64,000 nt of DNA from Cyanophora paradoxa CCMP329 (taxonomy: Eukaryota; Plantae; Glaucophyta): positions 248,001 to 312,000 of the forward strand of contig QPMI01000437.1 in assembly GCA_004431415.1 (NCBI GenBank), written 5' to 3'. Shown one piece after another: positions 1 through 10,716 of the stretch. The position numbers and the translations under genes were made by a program. The notes beneath the pieces were generated by a model. That model ran no database searches. It was not told the origin of the DNA and saw only the letters and a list, made by a program, of their open reading frames with translations. The first letter of the stretch is position 1. Each line of letters begins with the position of its first letter.

Positions 1-3000
1 AGGGCGGCGAGGCGGAGGTCGCGGTCGGCGGCGAGGTGCGCCACCAGCTGCAGCGAGTCCGCGTCGATCCTGCCCAGTGTTTGGTTAAGTTAAGTTGAGT
101 TGAGTTAAGTTTAGCTAAGATGTTTAGTTAGTTAGTTCGGTGTAGCTAAGATGTCCGAGCCGCGGGCGGACGGACGGGCGGGCGGGCGCACCACTGGCAG
201 TCGTCGACGAAGAGGAGGAGTGGCTTTCCCTCCAGGGCGCCAGCAGCCGCACGCAGCAGCGCCGTGAACACCTAAAGGAGAGAGAGTTCATTAGTTAGTA
301 GCAAAGTCGGTTTGAGCAGTTTAGCTTAAAGCAGTTAGTTAGTAGAGTCCAGCTTGTATCAGTTATTAGTAAGAGAAGTAAGAGAGTTTATTAGTATCAG
401 TTAGTTAGTAGAGTCCAGCTTGGTTCAGTTTAGTTAGCTTGGTTCAGTTAACGGCGCGCGCACCCAGCAGAAGCGGGCGCGGGTCTCGGCGGGCGGGAGG
501 GGCATGAGGGGCGGGTGGTCGGCCCCGACGAGGAGCCGGAGGGAGGGGACGGCGTCCGTCAGGAGGCGCGCGTTGCGGCCAAGGGCGCCCCGCACGGCCT
601 CCTGCACGGCGCTGCGCGCCGGCTCCCCGCACGCCAGCGTCTGCGGGCGCGAGGCGCCGCGGACCGGTCAGGCTTTGCTTGGTGGAGGGGCAGGCGGGGC
701 AAAGAGAAGCCGAGGCCGAGGCGGCCTCTTCAAAGCCAGGGCGGCGGGCCCGGCTCGCGGGAGGCTCTAAGCTTGGAAGCGGGATGCTCGCGAGCTGGAG
801 CTTGGAACGGCAGCGGAGGGCTAGCTAAATAGCTAGTCTGGCTGGCCCGGCCCCAGCCTGGCGTGACTCACGGCGACGACGAGCTCGTGGGCGGCGGCGA
901 AGAGGGGCCCGTACGGGCTGCGATTGTACTGGTCCACCTGCGAGTTTCAAATTCAAAAATTCAAATTCAAATTCAAATTCGGGTTCAGGTTCAGGTTCAG
1001 GTTCAGGTGATCGGGCGGGCTCGCCTTTCCGGTGAGGAAGAGGCTGGCGATGCCTTCTGAGAGGGCCCGCTGGCCCACCGCACGAACCAGGAAGCTCTTG
1101 CCTGCGAGCGGCCAGACATGAGATCGAATCGAATCAGAGATCCTGCAAGGGGAGGGGAGGTATCTAATAGCGAGGAATCTAGATCTTACGGAGCCCAATA
1201 ACAGACTGATCTAGAATCTAACAAGGCCCCGATAAGAATCTTATCCAGAAACAAGAAACCGAGCAAGGGGAGCCAGTGGGGCGGGTCGGGCGGGCCGGGC
1301 TAGGCCGCGCGCGGGGAGCTAGAGATCACGCAGGTTGGGCCGGTGGGCATGTGGGCGTGCTGGGCGGGCCGGGCGGGCCGGGCAGCGCACCGGCGCCGGA
1401 GGTGCCGGCTACAAAGACAACGGCGGATCCGGAGGAGGAACGCGGTCCCTCTGGGGCCGACCCCGCCGCTCCCGCCGCCGCAGCCGCCCCCGCCCCCGCT
1501 GCGGGGCCGTCCGGGGCGCCCTCGGGGGCGGGGGCCGGCCCTTGGTCGACCCCGCGGCACACCTGCGCGCCGCAATCAAACCGAGAAGACAACGGCCTCG
1601 CTAATGCTGCAAGATAGATGATAGTCTTGAGGCAATCCCGATAGCTTTTTATAGTTGCGTCCTAGAGAAAGGCGATCCAAGCGAAAGATGGGCGGGCGGG
1701 GGCACCTAGTTCTAAGGCTTTGATAGAGGTTCAAGCCCTTTATCAGCTCGCTCGCTCGCTAAGACAGTTCTGTAAGGCAATCTAATATGGAGCCGTTGGG
1801 GCGGGCGTACCTCGAGGGCGGCCTGGAGCGCGGCCTCGCGGCCGTAGAGGCGGTCCGGCACGGCGAAGGGGGCGGCCCGGTCCCGCTCCCCCAGGGCGAA
1901 GTCTGAAGCCAACCGGCAAGTTTAGAGGTGATAGGCGGGTCTACAGTTGAAGTTTAGAGGGGAGGCGCGGACCGAAGGAGAGGTCGCCGGGCGGGCCCGC
2001 CGCGAGCCGCCGCAGGTCGTGCGCAACGCCCGCCGCGCTCGCGTAACGCTGCGCCGAGAGCGCGCGCGCGTCAACGTCGGAAAGGGGCGAGGGGTAGGGG
2101 GTACAGGGACGGACGAACGGACCTCGTCGGGGTTCTTGGCCATGAGCTTCCGGACGATTCGGTCCAGAACCGCTGCGGGGCGAAAGGGCGGGTCGGTGGG
2201 AGGCTCAAGCTCGTGATCTACAGCGTAAGAGAGCTTAGAGAGCTCGGCTCAAGCGTACAAGCTCTAGCAGAAGCTTCAGCCTTGGCTTAAGCGAATTGGC
2301 TCTAGCAGAAACGAAGCTAATAGCGGAAGGCTTCGGCTCAGCTAGCTTTTATTAACCTTAGCTTTTATTAACCTAGCTAAGCTAAGCTAAGCTAAGCTTT
2401 TTTATTAAGCTCAGCTTTGCTTAAGCTTATCTTTGCTTATAGCTTTGCTTAGGGGCGGCGCACGGGGCACGTCGGGGCGGGCGGCGGCCACGCTGGGGAC
2501 CTGCGCGGCCGGCCCGCGGGCGGGCGCCGGGGCTCAGAGACCGACCGGCGGCGCGGGCGGGGCAAACAAATCGATCGCGGCAAAGTTCGCACGGCGGCGG
2601 CGAGGTGGCAGTGGATGTATTCGAGGGGCGTGTTGGCGCGGTAGGGCGGCCTGCCGCGGGCTTCTGGTCAGCGGGCGGGCGGGCGGCGCAGGGCGGTGGG
2701 CCGCAGGCGGGAGGCGGCAGGCCGCGGGCCGGCGGGCGGGCGGCCGCGGCACGAAAGCGTACAGGAGCCAACGAGCTCAAGCTGAAGCTAAGACTTCAAA
2801 GCTAGAGGTGTACGAGCCCCGGCAGGTATAAGAGCCAACGAGCTAAAGCTGAAGCTAAGACTTCTTAGAGAGGGGCGGGGGCGGGGATCCGGGAGCTGAA
2901 GTCAAGACTTCGTAGCTAGAGGCGGGGGGCCGGGAGCTGAAGCTAAGACTTCTTAGCGAGGGGGGGGGGGGGGCCGGGAGCTGAAACTAAGACTTCTTAG

Positions 3001-4820
3001 CGAGGGGGGGGGGGCGGGAGCTGAAACTAAGACTTCTTAGCGAGAGGCGGGAGGCCGGGAGCTGAAGCTAAGACTTCTTAGCGAGGGGGGGGGGGCCGGG
3101 AGCTGAAACTAAGACTTCTTAGCGAGGGGGGGGGGGGCCGGGAGCTGAAACTAAGACTTCTTAGCGAGAGGCGGGAGGCCGGGAGCTGAAGCTAAGACTT
3201 CTTAGCGAGGGGGGGGGGCCGGGAGCTGAAACTAAGACTTCTTAGCGAGGGGCGGGAGGCCGGCCTTCTAGAATGTGACGCTAAAGCTAAAGATAAGACC
3301 TCTAGAGCTAAAGATAAGACCTCTACAGCTAAATATAGGACTTCTAGAGCAATAGATAAGACTTCTAGAGCTAAAGATAAGACATCTAGAGCTAAAGATC
3401 TACGATCCCAATCAGATATAAGCGCCCTGTCTGGGCGCACGATCCGACGAGCATCTCGTAGAACGTGACGCCCAGGCTGTAGAGGTCCGTCCTCGCGTCC
3501 ATCCGCAGCCCCGAGCGGCCCGTCTGCTCCGGCCTGGGGTACAGGATTAGCGGGTTAGGTTGGGTGGGGAGGGACGCCACATATCAGATTGCTGCTAGCG
3601 CTAGACTCCCGCCCGCCCCGGCGCCCCAGCGCCGCGCCGGTCTAGATCTCCAAGAAGGCGGGGGGGGGGGGGAAAGGGGGGGGGGGGGCGGGGGTAGAGG
3701 GGGGCGCCTCATATCAGAATCTTGCTAGATTTAGTAGTTGGGTGGAGGTTATTAGATTCCCGCCCGCCCCGGCGCCGCGCCGGTCTAGATCTATCAGAGG
3801 GCAGGGAGGTGGGGGGGGATGGGGGTGGAGGGGGGGGAGGGGGGGGGAAGGGGGGGGTAGAGGGCTACGGCGCACGACATGTAGGCGAAGGTCCCCGTGA
3901 TGCGGCCGCGGCCGCCGGCGCCCTCGCCGCCCTTGACGGAGCCCTCGCCCGAGTCGGCCGCCTCGGCCGCGTCGGCCGCCGACTCGAGGACCGAGATGTT
4001 GAAGTCCGTCAGCTTGAGCACTAGGGCGCCGCCGCGCCGGGCCACCACCAGGTTCGAGGGCTTCACGTCGCTGAGGAGCGAACGAAGCGTGGGCGGGCGC
4101 GCCAGGGCGGGGCGGGGCGGGGCGGGACGGGAGGGGGGTACACGCACCAGTGGACGACGTCGGCGGCGTGGACGTGGGCCAGCGCGTCTGCGGCCTGTAC
4201 GGCGAGCTCCAGGAAGGCGGGTACGACCAGCGGACCCTCCCGCGCCAGCCTGGCCCGCCCGCATGGTCAGCGCGCAGCGGCGGCTCGCGCGGCGGTGCGC
4301 GGCGCGGCGCGCACATCTCTTTGAGGCTGTCGCCGCCGTCCTCCATACAGACTATCGATTGACCGCAGTACGTGAACGGCTCCTCTAGGATGCGCACGAC
4401 GCCGGGGCCGGCGCAGCGCTGCGCCAGCTGGACCTCCCGTGTCATTCGCACGTGAAGGTGGTCGTTCTCGCCCTCCGTCTCGTAGATCTGGCGCGGCGAA
4501 GTGCGCGGGCGCGTAAGAGTCAACGAGGCGAGGAGCTGGGGGCCCGCAACCGCTCGCCTTTAGTACCACCGGCACGGGGTCGTCCGCGCCCGCGGCAAGC
4601 GACTCCGACCCTTCGCCATCCGCCGAGGCCTGCGGGCCGCCTTGTGGTAGCTTCCTTCTGCTCAGGCGCGCGTTAGTCGTGCAAGGCGCCGATTTGGCGG
4701 ACCGGGTGCGCACAGGCGTGTCGCGCGGACGAGGCTCGAGCCGTGCCCTCGGACGGCGATGATAGCGCGTGCAACGAACCGCGGAGGAAGCGGTATATCG
4801 ATCAGGGGGTTCGCATCCAT
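1..4820 (-). CDS. Multi-exon Ser/Thr protein kinase fused to a STAND/AAA_16-type ATPase (bacterial-like kinase-ATPase sensor architecture); continues beyond the left edge
   Basis: Spliced exons read [10 protein letters not shown] (ATG 4820), [23 protein letters not shown](C)DVKPSN, LKLTDFN, GTFAYMS|[32 protein letters not shown]|[13 protein letters not shown], Walker [11 protein letters not shown]|KS (1375-1405 and ~1100) and Walker [11 protein letters not shown]|IDADS (195-225). Confidence 0.88.
2870..3262. repeat. Intronic minisatellite, ~38-42 bp unit (gggagctgaaRctaagacttcttagcgag + G-run), about 9 copies
   Basis: Directly visible tandem array inside a kinase-gene intron, followed by a ~21 bp array (tctagagctaaagataagac) at ~3283-3400. 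Confidence 0.9.
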
Positions 4821-5904
4821 CCTGTCGCGCGCCTCTAGATGGGCCTGAACGGCGTGGCCCAGCCCGGCCCTGGCCCGCGCGTGCCGGTCGCTACACTTCA
4901 GCCCCGATGCCGTACAGCCTGTACAGCTCAAGAGATCATCATCATATCACTTGATCCGAAGCTTGAAGCTGCTTGCGGAGCTCGCTCGATGGGGCCTGGC
5001 TCGCGGCTGCTTGCGATGTGCGACTTTGCAGCTCGCTGGTCGAACGCGCGCGAGCTGAACGTGCTTTTCGAGCACCCCAAAGGCTGCTGCTGCTCGCTGG
5101 CTGAATCCGGAGCTGCGCCCGGTAAGTGCTGCGGGGGTTGCCTCTCCGGTTCAAGCTGCGGCAGTCGCCGGGTACAGCCTCTCTCGGCCGACGCTCGGCA
5201 TAGCTCGTCGACGTCATATATGCGAGGCCGGCGCTGATGCGGCCATCATGCCATGATGCGGGCGCCGCCGCCGATGCGAGGGCTTTCGGGACGACATTAT
5301 CGCGGCGAGGGAGCGCTAGCGCTTCGAATTCGATCCATGGCCAGCTGCAGGCCGCGCGGGGCGCGGGAGCTATACGCGCTAACGCGCGGGGCGCGGGAGC
5401 TGCAGGCCATGCATATATATGGCGCGGCGCTAGCTAGCTGCAGCAGCCCGGCCAGCGCCCGGCATGGCAGCCCTTCGCTGGTGCACTCGATATCAAGCAA
5501 GCCTAATTAAAGCCATGCAGTAGGATGCCTTGAAGCCCCTGAGCCCCGCGCGGCCGGGGCCCAGCCCGGTGATGGCCGTCCCATACGTACGCGTCGACGT
5601 CGCCCTTGGTGTTCATATGTACATCGCCCCCGAGGAAGCACCCCCGCATACCCGCTCGCAAATCTAGATTTAGCTGCTTTGTTCTTAGATTTGTTGTTAA
5701 GGGACTGTCTGTCTGGCTGACTGGCTGAACGGGGCGACTGCGGAGGCGGGGGCGGGGGTGAGGAGCAGGGGTGGCGGCGGAGGCACGGGGCGTCGGGCGC
5801 GGGAACGATGTGCGGATGCGGACGGGCGCGGAAGGGGCGGTTTCGGCGGAGGAGGGGGAGGAGCGAAAGGGGGGAGGGGCGGGGGGGTAGGATGAAAGGG
5901 TACG

Positions 5905-6828
5905 CTATTGCTCCTTCTTGGGGGCGGGCGTGGGGGCGGGGGCGGGGGACTTGGGGGGCTCGACGACGGAGTACAGGATTATGCCGACGAGGGTGGCGGC
6001 GGCGCCGAGGAGGGTGCGGGGCGTCCAGACGTGGTCGAAGGCGAGGAATCCGATGAGGAGGACGAGGCAGGTCTTGAGGTGGGAGCAGACGGAGAAGGTG
6101 AGGGCCGACGTCTTCGAGATGACGATCGATCCCGAGAGGTTCACGAGGATGGCGACGGTGCCGGAGAGGCATACGAAGGCCAGCGCGCGCCCCGTGAAGC
6201 TGTAGGAGAAGAACCCGGGCTCCATTACGGGAACGAAGGCCGCGATGGAGGCGGCCGAGGCGGGCGCGAGGTAGTAGAGGAGCTGGTAGGACGAGGCGGA
6301 GAGCTCTTTGGACTTGGCCTTGGTGAGGACGTGGTAGCCGACGGTGCCCAGGACGGCCATCGCCGCGTTGAAGGTCCCGACGACGTTCGTGCTGACGTTC
6401 TCGACGGTCGCGAGCATGACGCCGCCGCAGACGAGCGCGAGCGCGAAGACCTCGGCACCCGTGCGCCGCTGCCCGTAGACGACCGTCTCGATGAGCGCGA
6501 CCGCCGGCGTCTGCAGGATCTTCGAGAGCTGGTAGAAGCCGACCGAGTTCGTCTCCAGGCTCAGGTTCAGGAAGACGACCGACGTGCAGAACGAGCCCGA
6601 GAGCAGCAGCACGTCCCGCCACGGGATGCGCTTGCTCTTGAACGCGCCCACGAGCGGGGACGCCTGGAGGTGCACGTAGATCGACGTGAGGCAGAAGTGG
6701 AAACAAGTGAGCGCCATGCTGAACGTGAAGCCGACGCTGACGAACAGCAGCTTGTTCACGAAGACGAGGGTCACGCTCGACGCCACGTTGACGAAGAGCC
6801 AGACATTAACCATCAGCGAGCCCGCCAT
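5905..6828 (-). CDS. Intronless nucleotide-sugar/triose-phosphate transporter family protein (SLC35E3/UXT-like)
   Basis: 307 aa with about 10 hydrophobic helices. Family motifs: SSVTLVFVNK, FLNLSLETNSVGFYQLSKILQTP, QLLYYLAP, VNLSGSIVISKTSALTFSVCSHLKT. Confidence 0.92.
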   Translation of the reverse strand: MAGSLMVNVWLFVNVASSVTLVFVNKLLFVSVGFTFSMALTCFHFCLTSIYVHLQASPLVGAFKSKRIPWRDVLLLSGSFCTSVVFLNLSLETNSVGFYQLSKILQTPAVALIETVVYGQRRTGAEVFALALVCGGVMLATVENVSTNVVGTFNAAMAVLGTVGYHVLTKAKSKELSASSYQLLYYLAPASAASIAAFVPVMEPGFFSYSFTGRALAFVCLSGTVAILVNLSGSIVISKTSALTFSVCSHLKTCLVLLIGFLAFDHVWTPRTLLGAAATLVGIILYSVVEPPKSPAPAPTPAPKKEQ

Positions 6829-7140
6829 CTCGCCCAGCGGCGCCGCGGCCGCAGCGAGCCGGTGCTAGCGGCTACCTGCAGAGCTGGCCGAGGGATGCTG
6901 CCCGTCCTGCGCGCGCGCGCCGCGGCCAGCACGGTTACGGAAGCGAGCGAGCTGGCAGGCTTCGGGATAAGCGCGCGCGCTTACTAGGCAGCTCGCGGAG
7001 TGAGGTCACGCACCAGGGAGATCGGGGGCTCGGGGGCGTCAAAGCCGGAGTCCTCCACTTGAAGTTGCCGTACCCGGTGGCTCTCTGTCCCCCTACCAGC
7101 CAGCTCGGAGGTGCGCGTCCCCGTCGGTTCCGAGGTTCCC

Positions 7141-10100
7141 ATGCGGCCGGGCGAGATGCAATCGTTCGGGGGCCAGCCGGCCGAGTCCGGCAGCCACGGC
7201 CTGGCTCACACCACGACGATGGCGTTCTCGCATGGCATGGCCTTCTGCAACTGCGGCTGCCACCACAAGCACACAAAGCCCGCGGTGAACTCTCTTGACC
7301 GGGTTGACCATCGAGTCTCGGCGTCCTGCGCTGGATCTAACCACCAGACCCGCAGCCCAAGCGGCCAGCCGCGAAGCCGAAGCCGAAGCCGGCGGGCGTC
7401 GAAGTCGGGCCTGTCAAGCCGTTCGATCCGGTCAGCTTCGTGGCCTCCGGCTCGGCCCTCGTGGCGGCTGCGCAGGTCCGCCGGACGCCCGCCGTCCGCC
7501 TTGCGGAGTTTGTAACGCCTGCGCAGATGCTCCCGACGATTACGTTCGGGGACGACGGCTCTCACAAGTGCAGCTGGGACCAGAAGCGGAAGGTACCTTC
7601 CGCGACGCCGCCGCCGGAGCTCCTCCGGTCAATCACTGAAGCAGCGGTCGCCCGGCGGCAGCTGACGCGGGCGGAGCACATGCTCTGGGACGCCGAGTTC
7701 GAGGTTGCCGACCTCAAAAAGGACATCGCGAAGCTTCGGAAGGAGAAGGGAGGCAACATCGACGCGCTGGAGGCCGAGATGGCGTCGCTTCGTTCGCAGC
7801 TGAAGGAGGCCGCCCGCGACCTGTCGCAGACCCGCGCGCGCCTCGAGGACGAGACGTCGGCCCACGCCGAGGCGCGTTTAGCCCGGCCCGCCCTGCCCGA
7901 CCCGCCCCGCCCCGCCCCGTCCTGACTCCGTGACGCGCGCGCGCGCAGACCTCGAACCAGCTCGTGAACGAGTTCAACGAGAACGCTCACCTGCGCGACC
8001 TCCTGCGGGTCCGCCGGGCCTAGACCCGCGGACGCTCCGCCCTCACCTGATCCTGATTCTTCCCCCCTGCAGAACCGCGACGAGGAGCTGGCCGGGCTGA
8101 AGGCGCGCCTGCCCCCCCGCTCCGGCTCGGGTACGGCAAGGCTGGCTTGGCTCACCTGAATCTGAGCGCAGGGCGTCATTTCGGCCCTTGAGGCGCAGCT
8201 GGCGTCCCTCCGCTCCGAGGGCGAGCGACTGCGGGAGGCGCGTGCCGTACCCCCCTCGACTCCTCGATCGCTCGGCCGAGCTTCGTGCGCAGTCGCTCTC
8301 GGCGGCGACTATGGAGAGGGACCGGCTGGGGCGCGACCTGCGGGTCGAGCAGTCGGGCCGGAAGACTGCCGAGGAGAAGGCGGCCTCGCTCGCGCGGGAC
8401 CTCGAGGCGGGGCGGCGCCGCGCGGCGGAGCTGGAGTCGCTCCTCGCCCGGCGGGAGAACGAGCTCTCGGGGACCAAGGCAGCCATGGCCTGTATGGAAA
8501 AGGACTACGCGGCGGCCCGCGCGGAGCTCGGCGCCGCGCAGGACGCGGCAAGGCGCGCCGCCGCCGACGCCGAGCGCAGCGCCGCGCTCGTCAAGGTGCC
8601 CTTGGCCCATTCCATCCCCCCCTTCTCTCCTTCTAAGCCCTCGGCAGACGCGGGACGCGGAGATCGCGCGGCTCCAAGCCGAGCTGGCCTCGCTCCGGGC
8701 CGACGGCTCCGCCGGTTCCGCCGAGCTTGCCGAGCTGCGGGCCCGGCTCGAGGTAAGCGTCGCCGTACCCCCGCCGCTCCCCGCCTCTCCCCGCGCGTCC
8801 CTGCCGGACCGGCCGACGCCGCGTTAGGCGCGGGACGGAGAGATCTCGCGGCTCCAAGCCGAGCTCAACGAGCTTCGGGCCAAGCTGCAGGCTCGCCCCC
8901 CACCCCCCTCCCCCCCTATCCCTTCTCCACTAACAAGCCGGCTCTAGGCACGGGACGGGGAGATCGCTCGACTCCAAGCCGATCTGTCGGCTCTGCGCGC
9001 CAGCGGCGCGGCCGGCGCCAGCGAACTTGCCGACCTTCGGGCCAAGCTCGAGGTTCGCCGCCCGCCGCCCGTCCTCCCTCTCTCTTTTCTCTCCTGACAA
9101 GCCGGCTCTAGGCCCGTGACAAGGAGATCTCGCGGCTCCAAGCCGAGCTGTCGGCTCTCCGCGCCAGCGGCGCGGCCGGCGCCAGCGACCTCGCTGATCT
9201 GCGGGCCAAGCTCGAGGTTCGCTGCCCGCCCTCCCCTCCCTTCCCTCTCCGTTCTCCCCTGACGAGCCGGCCCCAGGCCCGTGACAAGGAGATCTCGCGG
9301 CTCCAAGCCGAGCTGTCGGCTCTGCGCGCCAGCGGCAGCGCCGGCGCCTCGGAGCTCGCCGAGCTTAGGGCCCTCCTCGAGGTGAGTCCCTGTATCCCCC
9401 TTCCTCTTCCCCCCCCCCCGCGAACCTTCCTTATTCCCCCCCCCCCCTCTTCAGGCGGAGCGCGCGTCGGGCGAGTCGCTCCGCGGACGGGTACGGGAGC
9501 TCGAGGGTCTCCTCGCGGTGCGCTTTTTTTAAAGCGCATGAAGCTGGCCGGCGCGCATAAGTATCGACTATATTTAGAAACTGCGCTCGAGCCGTAAAGC
9601 CGTACCCTCCCTCGGCCTCGGCTGACCTGCCGCCCGCCCCGCCCGCCCCCCCGCGCCCCGCCCCGCGCAGGCGCGGCAGAAGGAGTGCGGGCACCACATC
9701 GTGCGCGCGGAGCAGCGGCCGTACCCCCCTCGTCCTCGTTCCACCCTCTTACCCCCCCCCCCCGGCCTCAGGTGAGCGTGGAGCAGTCACGGGACGACAG
9801 CGCCGACGTCGCCCGCCGCGCGAACGCGCTCCTCGCAAAGGTCGGCCCCGTTGCAATTGAAATCCGATGGAATCTGATCCTAATAGAATCTATCGGATGC
9901 CCTTTCTAAAGTCTGCTAGATCCCCCCTTTCCTCTTCTCCGTCGCATCCCTGTGACCTAGATTCTTCATCTCGTCCCGGGCTGACGTCGCCCTTCCCGCG
10001 CAGCTTGCCGCCCGCGGTGGCGCCTTCGCTGCCCTCGCCGCGAACGGCGGCGCGAACGGCGCGGACGGCGCCAGCGGCGCCGGGCAGGGCCAGGCGCTCC

Positions 10101-10321
10101 CGAAGGTACCGGTACCCCCCCTCGCTCCCATCCCCCTCGTGGCCTTACCCCGGGCGGGGCGGCAGGGGGCGCTCCTGTGCGTCTGCGGGAACCCGCTGCA
10201 CACTGTCCTCACCGAGGGCGGCGCCGAGATACCGGTCGTCACCTGTGCGCACCCCCCCTTTCTCTTCCCGTTTCTCCTTTGACGCGCCGCGCCGCGCCGC
10301 GCCGCCGCAGCCGTGCACTGA
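7141..10321 (+). CDS. Multi-exon long coiled-coil protein of unknown function
   Basis: Phase-consistent exons with heptad-rich peptides (EVADLKKDIAKLRKEK, repeated RDxEIxRLQAEL). Final exons GALLCVCGNPLHTV..SVH*, stop at 10319-10321. The start codon is uncertain. Confidence 0.72.
8648..9381 (+). repeat. Tandemly duplicated exon-intron units (four 105-nt exons and one 63-nt exon)
   Basis: Exons 8648-8752, 8828-8890, 8948-9052, 9112-9216 and 9277-9381 are all phase 0 and encode variants of ARDxEISRLQAELSALRASGAAGASELADLRAKLE. Neighbouring introns are also similar. Confidence 0.9.
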
Positions 10322-10716
10322 ACCGAGCGCGACCGCGACCCGCGCGCCTCGCTTGCTTCCGGTCCGCCTGCAATTGTCCGCACGTAGTTTCCCGCGCCTC
10401 CGTACCCCTGCCGGCCGCGGCCCGGAGGCGCACTGTAGAGTAGTCCTTCCCGTCGCTTTCCCGACCCCGCCGCATGGGGTATTCGGTATTGTGCAGCCTC
10501 CGTCTATTTCGGTATTGTGCAGCCTCCGTATTGACAGACCGCGGCCGGTCATTCCGGAGGCCGGGCCCGCCTGTAAACTATTTTGCATCGTCGTCCCTCT
10601 CCGCGGGCGCTTTTCGCGTCCATTTCATCGCGGCTTCTCAATTCTCGTGTTGATAACTTGTATACTATGATAATGAATTCCGAATTCGAAGCTTAAGCTT
10701 TAAAAGATACTTAACT

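Noticed and set aside
2870-3262. CRISPR-like array (also considered for 29388-29852 and 33492-33570)
   Set aside because: No unique spacers and no cas genes. The context is eukaryotic introns and repeats.
5908-6987. 359-aa plus-strand ORF, and the 399-aa ORF at 5507-6706
   Set aside because: Antisense and alternate-frame shadows of the transporter CDS.
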